Made by a program: the position numbers and the translations under genes
In this document: piece by piece, positions 45,225-57,124 of the stretch
How the letters are laid out: each line of letters starts with the position of its first letter
How positions within the stretch are numbered: the first letter of the stretch is position 1
The notes under the pieces: generated by a model
Seen by the model: the letters and a program-made list of their open reading frames with translations, nothing else
Databases searched by the model: none
Told to the model about the DNA's origin: nothing
Source: Eledone cirrhosa
Lineage: Eukaryota
NCBI GenBank assembly: GCA_964016885.1
Contig: OZ024745.1
Span: 20,832,001-20,896,000 of the forward strand
Direction: 5' to 3'
DNA length: 64,000 bases

Positions 45225-48200
45225 TTGAGAGTTGGCTGTTTGAACGCGCGTGGCCTGGGCTCAGCTTGGAAGCAAGCAAAGCTTCTAAATGACCTCAGGT
45301 CACAAAGTATAGATGTGATGGTTGTTTGCGAGAGTCGGATCAGCAGCGTGAGACAGCTGGCGCCCGCCTTCGATGACTTTGTGATGCACGCATCTCTCTG
45401 TCAACCCGGAGGCGGGGGGGGGGGAGTTGTCGTACTGCTGGATAAACGTCTGGCTCTCGACGTACAGATTGTTCACTCGGACCCGGGGGGTCGATTACTG
45501 GTGCTGAACGTCGGAGGCGGTGAAGGCTGGGCTTTCAGACTGGTCGGATTTTATGCCCCCTTCGGGGCGGAAAGAGCCGACTTCTTCCAGCGTCTGGAGA
45601 CTTTTCTAGGAACGTCGCGTTCCCTGCTTTTAGTGGGGGACTGGAATGGAATCCTAGATGCGCGTTGGGACTATGCAGGGGCATGTCCCGATAGAGGGGG
45701 GTGTAGCAGCCTCAAGGGGTTACTCGATCGATTCGACCTGGTCGATAGATTTCGACTAGATTGTCCAACTGCGCTAACCTGGACCTGGGCAAACCGCAGT
45801 GGACAATCTAGATCGTACCTAGATAGGTTTTTGGTTAGGAGTAAGGATAGGGACGTATTTAGTTGTCCAGAACTGATCATGGTTGGCTATTCAGATCACA
45901 AATTAGTGACCTGCGTGGTCAACCTTGATAGAACGCATAGACGGGGTCCCGGTTACTGGAAGATGAACTTGTCCTTGCCGGCAAAGAAAGATTACAGGAA
46001 CCGGATTAGTAGCTTAGTTAAGATGCAGTTGACGGGAGCGATCGTCAACAGCAGGTGGTGGGTATCTCTAAAGAGAGAGATTAGAGTAAGTTCGATAGGT
46101 TACAGTAAGGAACTAGCGGCAAATAGAAATAGGAAGGAAAGGGAGTTAACAGATAAACTAGAAGAGGCGATTAGGAGCGGAGACGTGGCCAGAGTGTTAG
46201 CGGCGAGAACGGCGTTGAGCCAGTTCTTTGACGTGAAGCACGAAGGCTGCGTTGTCCGAAGTAAAATACGTGCTTTAGGAAACGAGGGGACCAAAGCTGT
46301 TAGCTGGGCCCGCGTGACAGAAGCCAAGAGTGGGATTAAATCCACCATTCGGTCTTTGCGAGACCAGGATGGACGGGTGATCCTTGAACCTGAGCGGATG
46401 TGCGAGGCCTTTCAAAGGCACTTTGCTCGACTGTTCGGAGGGGACGGGGGGCCGGACGGGGATGTGGACTTCGGTCCATACCTCGACGGTCTACCGCGTC
46501 TTTCGAGCGGCGAAGCGGAGTGCTGCGAAAGGCCAATCACAGCCACTGAAATCGGGGAAGCGCTCAGCCAATGCAGCAGACGCAAATCCCCGGGTCTCGA
46601 TGGTCTACCATACGAACTTTATTTAGCTATGCCGGTCTTGTTCTCCGTACTCCTCGAGGCTGTCTATTGCAACTGGCAACAGAACGGGAGAATTCCCTGT
46701 TCTGTGACCAAGGGCGTAGTGACGCTAGTGAGGAAGGACGAGAGCAAGGGGGACGACTTAAGTAACTTTAGGCCCATAACTCTGCTGAATGAAGAGTTAC
46801 AGATTTTGGCCAAGGTGTTCGCGAAGAGGTTGGCGCTTGTGGTGGGTGGTTTGGTGGGAGACGCGCAGACATGCGCTATCCCGTCCAGGTCCATTCACGA
46901 CAACCTCCACCTCATGCGATACATCATAGAGAGGGTTGGCAACGAACCCGGCTTTGGTGAGCCCTGATCAACTTGGATCAATCTAAGGCGTTCGATAGGG
47001 TCGACCATGGTTACCTGGATGCGGTGCTAGCGGCGGCGGGCTTCGGACCCGTTTTCAGAGGCTGGATTTCTGCCATGCACAGTGGCAACATCTACTCTAG
47101 GATTAAAGTAAACGGCTACGTCTCGGAGCCGTTTCAAATCACCCGGTCGATCAGACAGGGGTGCCCCCTCTCCTCCCTTCTGTACGTATTGACTCTCGAG
47201 CCACTGCTGCGGAAGTTGGAGTTGCTGCGGGGCATACCCCTGGAACCGGGATTGCACAAAGCGGTCTCGGCCTATGCCGATGACGTAACAGTAATGGTGG
47301 CGGACGCCTCAGAAATCGGGGCGATCGCCACTCTACTGGAGGAATACGAAAGGCTGACGGGGGCTAGGCTGAACCAGGACAAGTCAGTCGGTTTGCAACT
47401 CGGAACGTGGAGGGGCAAACCGATGCCGTTAGACAGTGTCGTCGGGCGATGGACGGAGGGCCCGGTGAAGCTGCTCGGGGTCTGGTTCGGACCGGACCTC
47501 CAGGTGGAGAAGAATTGGGGCGAGGTGACGAGCAGGGTGTTTGCGCTGACCCAGAAGTGGGCCAAGTGCAAACTATCACTGAAAGGTCGGGCGGAGGTGA
47601 CGAACGCTTACATAGCGTCCGTCATCTACTACCGCCTGACCGTCGTGCCTTGCCCCAAGGAAAAGCTCACCATCATGGAACGCATGCTCTTCCAGTTCCT
47701 CTGGAAGAAGCGGCCTCCCATGGTGAGGAGATCCATCTGCTGCCAGCACCCTTCGAAAGGAGGGCTGGGTATGCCGTGGCTGTTGATGCGTAGGCACGCA
47801 TTGAGGCTACGGCATCTACAGGTATTCCTCAACGGTCAGCCGGTGTGGACCCCGTTTGTGAGGCGAGCCTTCCCACAGCTCGTCTTGCTCACCGAACTGC
47901 AATCCTGGGTGAAGCAAAGACCGAGAAAACTGGGCAACTGGCACACCCAGGCGCTCACGGCTATCTGGCAAGCGGACCCGACTATCAGTGGAGAATCCAC
48001 CTCGACATTCTATAGAGGGTTGGTGGCTAGCAAGGGCAACGACACCCTTGGAGAGTCGCTAGGCATGGAGGAGGACGAACTGGCCAGCCTGTTCGGTAGA
48101 ACTTTCGGCCCGGGACCCATGAACAACTTCCAGAGGTCCCTAGCCTGGCAGTGTTACCGGGGGGCTCTGCCCGTTCGAGAAAAGCTCTACAGACACGGGC

Positions 48201-48646
48201 GCCCGGGCAGGGATCCCGCGAAAAAGATCTGTCCCAAATGCGTGCGCGACGAGGAAACCGTTGCGCTTGCACTGGTACACTACCCGGGCGTTGCCGATCT
48301 GTGGGGCTACGTCGAACGACTGCTGTCGCGTGTGGCGCCGATTCGATTATCCGCCGAGTCTGTGGTGAACATCAAGCCGCCTCCTCCCTTCAGAAATGAA
48401 GCAGAGGCGGTCTTTCTGTGCGTAATAGCCATGATGAAAGCGGTTGTGTGGTGGACGCGCCTGAAAGGTCTGAGGTCGGGTGACTTTCTCTCCGGCCATC
48501 ACCTGGTTTACTTCTTCCGATACCACTTCGGAAGAAGGATCAGGATGGAGAGAGAAGTGCTTGGCCCCAGACAGTTTTATGAAAGGTGGGTGAAAGAAGC
48601 GAGAATGGCCCGTGTAAATGGGCCTTCTCTCTACATTGTTCTGTAG
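45225..48646 (+). pseudogene. Tx1-like ORF2 (APE-RT) with one frameshift near 46960
   Basis: 580-aa and 557-aa halves carry the APE and RT motifs. The zinc-finger HC is mutated to HY. Confidence 0.93.
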
Positions 48647-48902
48647 GTGAAGAAGTGAAGAGGAAAGGGGGAGCGCCTCCTCTCTGGGCTTCCCCCGCGA
48701 AAAGAGTAGCACACTTTTCGGGGGTATGTGCAATCCCCAACACGCCCCCTCCCTTTTGAGGACTTTTTATTGTTATATGATTATTGTTATTCCTGTTTTC
48801 TTTACTCGATTTATGTAAACTCCCCCACTATGTATTTGCCCCCTTCTTTTGTGCCCTCGTGGCAAATAAATAGAAATTTATCTATCTATCTATCTATCTA
48901 TC

Positions 48903-49270
48903 AAATACCACTTTGGAAGAAGAATCAGGATGGAGAGAGAGGTGCTGTACCGCAGCAAGTTTTATGAAAGGTGGGTGAAAGTGGCGAGAATGGCCCGAGT
49001 GAATGGGCCTTCTCTCTATATCAGCCTGTAGATTGAGGAAAAGGAGGAGGAGAGGAAAGGAGTACAAGCTCTTCGTACTCCTGGAGATGAGGGTTGCACA
49101 TTTTTTCGGGGGTATGTGTTACCCATATAAACTGTCTCCCTCTATTGGGGAAAATCGACTAACTTTTAAATTCCATCTGTGATAACATTTTACACGTTTT
49201 TATTGTATGTAAACTTCCCCCTTTGTATTTGTCCCCTTCTTTTGTGCCCCTGTGGCTAATAAAGAAATAT
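48903..49270 (+). mobile_element. Short 3' fragment of Tx1-like subfamily C inserted in the (TATC)n tail of copy A2
   Basis: Contains the last ORF2 codons and a C-type 3' UTR. Absent from the equivalent site at 34295-34353. Confidence 0.92.
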
Positions 49271-49305
49271 ATCTATCTATCTATCTATCTATCTATCTCT
49301 CTATC

Positions 49306-49991
49306 AGATGGCTCTACAGACACGGGCGCCCGGGCAGGGATCCCTCAAAAAAGATTTGCCCTAGATGCGTGCGTCACGAAGAAACCGTTGCGCACGCATT
49401 GGTGCAATGTCCGGGCGTGGCTGATCTGTGGGGCTACACCGAACGACTGCTGTCGCGGGTGGCGCCGATTAAATTGACCGCCGAGTCCGTGATGACAATC
49501 AAACCGCCTCCCCTCTTCACAAAGGAAGCAAAGGCGGTTTTTCTGTGCGTAATAGCCATGTTGAAAGAGGTTGTTTGGTGGACACGATTGAAAGGTCTGA
49601 GGTCAGGCAACTTCCTCTCTGGCCATAGTCTGGTCTACTTCTTCCGATATCACTTCGGAAGAAGGATAAGAATGGAGAGAGAGGTGCTTGGCCACAGGCA
49701 GTTTTATGAAAGGTGGGTGATAGTGGCGAGAATGGCTCGTGTAAATGGGCCTTCTCTGTATACCATCCTGTAGGTAAAGAAGTAAAGGAGAGGGGAGCAC
49801 CTTCTCCGTGTGCTCCCTGGGCAAAGGATTGCACACTTTTTCGGGGGTGTGTGCAACCCCCATCACGTCCCCTCCCTTTTGAGGTTATTTTTGATTATTT
49901 TCATGTTACACCCTTTTTACTCGATTATATGTAAACTCCCCCTTTGTATTTGTCCCTTCTTTTTATGCCTTTATGGTAAATAAAGAAATAT
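49306..49991 (+). mobile_element. 3'-terminal Tx1-like fragment, subfamily B copy 2
   Basis: Same 5' junction (CTCTCTATCAGATGGCTCTACAG) and near-identical sequence to 34354-35039. Confidence 0.93.
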
Positions 49992-50224
49992 ATCTATCTC
50001 TCTATCAGACGTGTGTAACTTCGCGGAGAAGTTTCCGTTAATTTATGTAAGAAAAAAACGTGAGTTTTTAGTTAAATTTTATATCATTGTGTAACTTGAC
50101 CACCCGTCTGGACCTTCAGGAGGTGGGTCAACTCATTTTCGCCCCTTCAGGGGCGGAATATCCATTTAAAAAATTTTTCTCCATCGAATCTTGGAAAAAA
50201 ATATTGTAAAATTTTGATTACGTT

Positions 50225-52140
50225 ATGAACGCTGCGTCCAACGATAATGGTGGTGGAGAGGCGGTAAGACTACAAAGCTCGCAGTCAACAACGTCTTCTT
50301 CACTAGATACAATAGAGATGGAAAGACAAAATGAAAATAAAAAAACGAATTCATATTCAAACAACACAAATGACACCAAACAATTCAATGACAACAAAAA
50401 TAACAGCAAAACCAATAATGATGATAAAAGCAACAATGATAACAACAACAAAGAAAAAAATAAAGACAACGCCAATAACACCAGCATCAAAGACAACAAC
50501 AACACCAAGGAAAATACGGATGATACCAACATCGGTGACAACAAGAATAACAACAACAATAACAACAATAATGACAACACCACCAATACGGATTCCACAA
50601 AGAAACCAAAAATCTCCTTTGCAGAGAAAGTTCAAAAGAAAGAACAATTGATATATCTCGACATAACAAATGCTGAACACCTTTTAAAGGACGCTAAGAG
50701 ATATGTCACCTTCGAAAAAAATGGTGCTTTCAGCATCAATTCTCCGGTAGAAATACGCAAGGAAACTGCTCTCAAAAGGATAGTTTTTAGGACAGTTTCC
50801 AATTCTACCCGAAAACCAGTCCAATTGTCACAGAAAGAAATTGAACTGGTTTGCAAAAATTAAATGAATGATATTGCATTCATTCAAAGAAGCAAACTTT
50901 TGGGGAGTATTTCGGTACTCATGAAGGATCAATTGACGGCCCAAAATTACTCTGTGTCGCCAATTGTATCCAACCTGTACACCTTTTTCCCTACATACAT
51001 GGGAAAAAGGATACAAAAGATCAGAATCACAAGTGTCACACCAAAGGTGAACATATGGTGGATACTGTGCGGCTTCATCAATTTTGATGAAGACAGAATA
51101 CTGTCAGTAGGAAAGTCCCCCAGAGATGTATTCAATGGGACTAGCATTGAAGTTCTGGTGCAAATGAGCCCAGAGCGAATAGCTATGATCCCACAGCGTG
51201 TACTCCTGGACGGAGTCACCTACATAAACCTTTCGGTTGAGGGTAGGCGGCCTTCATGTTACCATTGCTTTAGCAGGGGTCACCTGAGGGCTTCCTGCCT
51301 AAACTAATGAACCAAAAAAAGGCTCCTCTGCCGACACCCATCAAAACAACACAACCACCAACACCACCACAACAACAACAACACCAACACACAAAAATAA
51401 CCACAACAAACACAGTCCCACCCAACCCCACTCCACCTAAAACCACTGCAAAATCACATACAGACACAACAGCTCCCCAAGACATACCCCTCCCCAATCA
51501 CACAGAAGATACAACAGATGAGGCTATCTCGCCATCACCCAGTGAAGACGAGGGAGAACCCCGTCGCTTGAAAAGAAAGAAAAGACATCACAAAAGCAAA
51601 AAACCAGCAAACACTACCACAAACATACAACCACCAACACAAACAACAAAAATATCACAAACAAACCCCCCACCTCCTGAAAACAAAATACCTACAACAA
51701 AACGAAAGCACACACAAGAACTACAGACAAAAACAAACACAACACAAGAAAATTACACTTACACTTACATAAACACTGAAAACAAAACACTAATGGAGAC
51801 CATCACGAACGACCCTTCAATTTTCACCGCAGGGAAAACTTTCGCCCACTCTATAAAAAATAGCAAAAAACTGAACCTAAAACTGATTAGGGTCCCTATA
51901 CAAACTTATAGGTCCCTAAAAGAAACATTTGAGAAGGATGTGGGGAATTCCTGCGTGAAACCACTCAACCGCGTCCTTCTCAAATGCCTCCCCACCCCAG
52001 ACACCCCCATCCCACCAGACCCCACCCCACCAAACATCTGCGTCCCCACCCCGCCGGAAACCACCACCCATCCAGACAACCCCTCCAACACCCCCATGGA
52101 AATCGTGCGGCCTGGTCCCCAGGAGGCGAAGGGTGAGTGA
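50225..52140 (+). pseudogene. Tx1-like ORF1 (subfamily C) with one stop and one frameshift
   Basis: Asn/Asp-rich N-terminus, knuckle CYHCFSRGHLRASC, and homology to subfamily A ORF1. Confidence 0.85.
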
Positions 52141-52173
52141 TCTTTTTTCCTCTTTTAACTTTTCAGCACCAAC

Positions 52174-55100
52174 ATGGCCAATATAAGAGTTGGATGTGTG
52201 AACGTACGCAGCCTGGGGATGCCCTGGAAACAGGGCAAACTCTTAAACAACCTCAGGTCGCACAGTTTGGATGTGGTAGCCATTTGCGAGTCCAGGATCC
52301 ACGGCGAGCGACAGCTGGCCCCCATCTTCGATGACTTTGAGATCTACGCATCTCTCTGTCAACCGGGGGGTGGGGGCGGAGTTGCCGTTTTGCTGCAGAA
52401 ACACCTGGGCCTCGTAACACAGACGGTACATCTGGACCCGGAGGGTGGACTGGCGGTTGACGGTAGTGAAGGTGGAGCCTTCAGGCTGGTGGCCGCATAT
52501 GCCCCATCCGGGACACCGCGGCCAGACTTCTTCAAACGTCTAGAGACTTTTCTGGGAACGTCCCGCTCCTTGCTTTTAGTGGGGGACTGGAATGGAATCC
52601 TAGATGCACGTTGGGACTATGTGGGAGCATGTCCCGATATAGGGGGGGGGTGTAACAGCCTCAAACAGTTAATCGACCGATTTGACCTGGCCGATAGATA
52701 TCGACTAGATTTTCCGACTGCGCCACTGTGGACGTGGAGTAATCGTAGCGGAACATCTAGATCGTACCTAGATAGGGTTCTAGTTAGAAATAAGGATAGG
52801 GACATGTTAAGCTGTCCACAAATGTTCATGGTTGCCTATTCAGATCACAAACTAGTGACCTGCATGGCCAACCTTGATAGAACCCATAGACAAGGACCCG
52901 GCTACTGGAAGCTGAACTTGTCGTTGCCGACAAGCAAAGCCTACAGTAGACAGATTAGCACTTTAGTTAAACAGCACTTGATAGGGGCCATTGTCAACAA
53001 CAGATGGTGGTACTCTCTCAAGAGGGCAGTTAGATTAGACTCGATAGTTTTTAGTAAAGAATTAGCGTTAGATAGAAATAGAACCGAGAAGGAACTGGTA
53101 GATAAAGTAGAAGAGGCAATTAGAAGTGGCAACGTAGCCAGCGTGCTAGCAACGAGAACGGCCTTGGACCAGTTCTTCGACGCAAAGCACGAGGGCTGCG
53201 TTGTCAGAAGCAAAATACGTGCTCTGGGAAACGAGGGAGCCAAAGCTGTTAGCTGGGCCCGAGTGACGGAGGCAAAAAGTGGCAACAAGACCACGATTCG
53301 GTCTTTGAAGGACCAAAACGGACGCGTGATACGTGAGCCGAAGTAGATGTGAGCGGCTTTTCAGCGGCACTTTGCTCGGCTGTTCGGGGGGAGCGGCGCG
53401 CCGGGAGAGGCTATGGATTTCGGTCCATACCTCGACGGCCTACCGCGACTCTCGGACAGCGAGGCAAAGTTCTGCGAAAGCCGATTTCAGCCACTGAGAA
53501 AGAGGACGCGCTGAGCCAATGCGGCAAACGCAAATCTCCAGGTCTCGACGGTCTACCCTACAAATTTTACGTAGCAATGCCGGACTTATTCTCCGGTCTC
53601 CTGGAAGCGGTCTACCGCAACTGTCAACAGAACGGGAGAATTCCCAGTTCTCAAACCGGGGGCGTGGTCACACTAATCAGGAAGGACGAGAATAAGGGTG
53701 ATGACATAGGCAACTTCCGGCCCATAACTCTGCTAAACACAGAGTTACAGATTTTGGCCAACGTGTTGGCAAAGAGGCTGGCGCTTGTCGTCGAGAACCT
53801 GGTGGGAGAAGCACAAACATGCGCAATCCCGACCAGGTCCATACACGACAACCTCCACCTCATGCGATACATCATAGAGAGGGTAGGGTGTAAGACCGGC
53901 TTCGGTGGGGCCCTGATCAACTTGGATCAGTCTAAGGCTTTCGATAGGGTTGACCATCGTTACCTGGATCCGGTGCTCGAAGCGGCAGGATTCGGACCCG
54001 TGTTCAGGGGCTGGATTGCTGCAATGCACAACAGCAACATCTGCTCAAGGGTCAAGGTGAACGGCTACCTCTCGGAGCCGTTCCATATTACGCGATCCAT
54101 TCGACAGAGATGCCCTCTCTCCTCCCTTCTGTACGTACTGACTCTCGAGCCACTACTGCGGAAGCTGGAGCTATTGCAGGGCATCCCTCTGGAACCGGGA
54201 CTGCGCAAAGCGGCGTCGGCCTATGCCGACGACGTTACAGTAATGGTGTCGAGCGCCTCGCAAATCGAGGAAGTCGGCACCTTACTAAAGGAATACGAAA
54301 GTTTCACAGGAGCGAAGCTGAACCAGGACAAGTCCATCGGTTTGCAACTCGGATTGTGGAGAGGCAGAGCGATGCCTTCCGATGGCGTCGTCGGACGCTG
54401 GACGGAAGGACCGGTAAAGCTGCTCGAGTCTGGTTTGGTCCGGACCTCCAAGTGGAGAAGACCTGGAACGAAGTGACGGCCAAGGTGTTTGCACTCACCC
54501 AGAAGTGGGCCGAGTGCAAACTATCCTTGAAAGGTCGAACGGAGGTGGCGAACACTTTTATAGCGTCCGCCATCTACTACCGCTTGACCGTCGTGCCTTG
54601 TCCAGCCAAAACGCTCGCCAAAATGGAGCGCGCGCTCTTCCGATTCCTTTTGGAAGAGGCGGGCTCCTTTGGTGAGAAGATCCATCTGCTGCCAACAGCC
54701 TTCAAACGGAGGGCTGGGGATGCCGTGGTTGACGATGCGCAAACACGCGCTCAGGCTGCGGCATCTCTACGTATTCCTCACCGGACAACCGGTGTGGGCC
54801 CCGTTCGTGAGGCGAGCCTTCCCACGACTCGTCTCGCTGACCGAGCTGCGGTCCTGGGTCAAGCAAAGACCGAGGAAAATGGGCGACTGGCACATCGAAT
54901 GTGCTCAGGCGCTCACAGCCCTCTGGCAGGCGGACTCGGCGATCAGTGGAGACTCCACTTCGTCATTCTATAGAGGGTTGGTCCGCAGCAAGTGCGACGA
55001 CGCGCTCGGTGAAACTCTAGGCGTAGAGGAAGATGAACTGGCCAGTCTGTTCGGTAGGACCTTCCGCCCGGGACCGATGGACAACTTCCAAAAGTCCCTG

Positions 55101-55382
55101 GCCTGGCAGTGCTACCGAGAAGCTCTACCAGTTTGAGACAAGCTCTAGAGACATGGGCGCCCGGGCAGGGACCCTGCAAAAAAGATCTGTCCGAGGTGCG
55201 TGCGAGACGAAGAAACCGTCGCGCACGCATTCATACACTGCCCGGGCGTCACTGACCTGTGGGGCTATGTAGAACGACTATTGTCGCAGGTGGGACCAAT
55301 CCAGTTGACCACCGAGTCCATTGTCATGATCAAACCGCCACCCTCCCGAGTGAATGGGCCTTCTCTCTATATCAGCCTGTAG
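52174..55382 (+). pseudogene. Tx1-like ORF2 (subfamily C) with several stops and frameshifts
   Basis: GDWN, YLDRVLV, SDHK, SPGLDG, DQSKAFDRV and YADD are spread across fragments 52174, 53349, 54110, 54669 and 55200. Confidence 0.93.
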
Positions 55383-56229
55383 GTTGAGGAAAAAGAGGAA
55401 GAGAGGAAAGGAGCGCTCACTCTTCGTGCTCCTGGAGATGAGGGTCGTACATTTTTTCGGGAAGTGTACAACCCATGTGTAACGCCTCCCCCCCTATTGG
55501 GGACTTCAATTGTTAAATGTTATTTTTTATTAATTCTATTTTTTTACACGCTTGTATGTAAACTCCTCACTCTGTATTTGTCCCCGTCTTTTTGCGCCCT
55601 TGTGGCAAATAAAGAAATATATCTATCATCTATCTATCTATATGTATATATGTCTGTTTATCTATCTATCTCTTTTTTTCTCTCTAATCTTGATGTTTGT
55701 TATTTCCTTTACCCTCCTTCTCTCTCCATTGTTCACTATTTTTTCATTGCCTCTGGTTAATTTTCAGAACTAGATTTACGCATGCGTAGAAAAGTGGATT
55801 CCTATCTATCTTGGTGCTTGTACGTTGTACATTAGTGCGTGTGTCTTTGTGTGTGTGTGTCGCTGTTTGTGTTATATTTGTTTGTGTATATATGCGTGAG
55901 TGTGTGCCGCAAGTGTGTGTGTCGCAAGTGTGCGTGTTTATATTACGTTATGGTTGTGTATGTGTGTATCGCCTTAATTTATGTTTGTGTATATTATATT
56001 TGTGTGTATGTATGTTTATATTGTGGATATTTATATTGTGTATGTGTGTTAATATTGTATGTATGTTAATATTGTGTATGTTTATATTTTGTGTGTATAT
56101 GTGTATTTACTTTTGTGTATGTATATGTGTTAATATTACATGTGTGTTTATATTGTGTGTATACTGTGGCATTAAATCTGTAAAATGATGTATCATTGGT
56201 TATTTCTTTTATTGGAATCTCCATTGTTG

Positions 56230-56562
56230 TTGTGTGTGTGGCTGCGTGTAATGTGTGTGTGTGTGGCTGCGTGTAATGTGTATGTGTGTGGCTGCGTGTA
56301 ATGTGTGTGTGTGGCTGCGTGTAATGTGTGTGTGTGGCTGCGTGTAATGTGTGTGTGTGGCTGCGTGTAATGTGTGTGTGTGGCTGCGTGTAATGTGTGT
56401 GTGTGGCTGCGTGTAATGTGTGTGTGTGTGGCTGCGTGTAATGTGTGTGTGTGGCTTCGTGTAATGTGTGTGTGTGGCTGTGTGTAATGTGTGTGTGTGG
56501 CTGCGTGTAATGTGTGTGTGTGGCTGCGTGCAATGTGTGTGTGGCTGCGTGTAATGTGTGTG
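56230..56562. repeat. ~22-bp tandem repeat GGCTGCGTGTAAT(GT)n
   Basis: About 15 copies. Confidence 0.9.
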
Positions 56563-56599
56563 TTGGACTATGTGTTGTTATATACAATGTTTATTTCTA

Positions 56600-56793
<194 letters not shown>

Positions 56794-57124
56794 TGAGGCT
56801 GGTTTTGTGCAGTGCCTTTGCTCACTATAAAAGCTTCACAGCATAGGCATTGCTTTATATCTGGAGATCTCTCTGCACTTGTCGTCACATGGTACCATGG
56901 GCCCAGCACTATGTGTCAATAATTGTCACAAGTGTAGTGTTTGTACCAGAGTTTTCAAGTCGCTGGCTGGACTAAAAAGTCACACTCGTTCAGCGCATCG
57001 GTAGGTGTTCTCCTACATGGATATAAAGTAGTGGCCGTACTCGAAAACGAGTTGGCAGCAACCATGTATGAACGTATGTATGTATGTAGAGAGAGAGAGA
57101 GTCGGCTTCTAGCATAGACACAAG

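Larger units (their letters stand above)
43252..48879 (+). mobile_element. Full-length Tx1-like retrotransposon, subfamily A copy 2
   Basis: Colinear with and highly similar to 28588-34294, with the same 5' end TGATAGAGTAAGACACGC and (ATCT)n on both sides. Confidence 0.95.
50007..55620 (+). mobile_element. Near full-length Tx1-like retrotransposon, subfamily C
   Basis: Has its own 5' UTR, ORF1 and ORF2. An internal deletion of roughly 200 bp lies near 55347 (KPPPS joined to RVNGPSLY). (ATCT)n on both sides. Confidence 0.95.
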
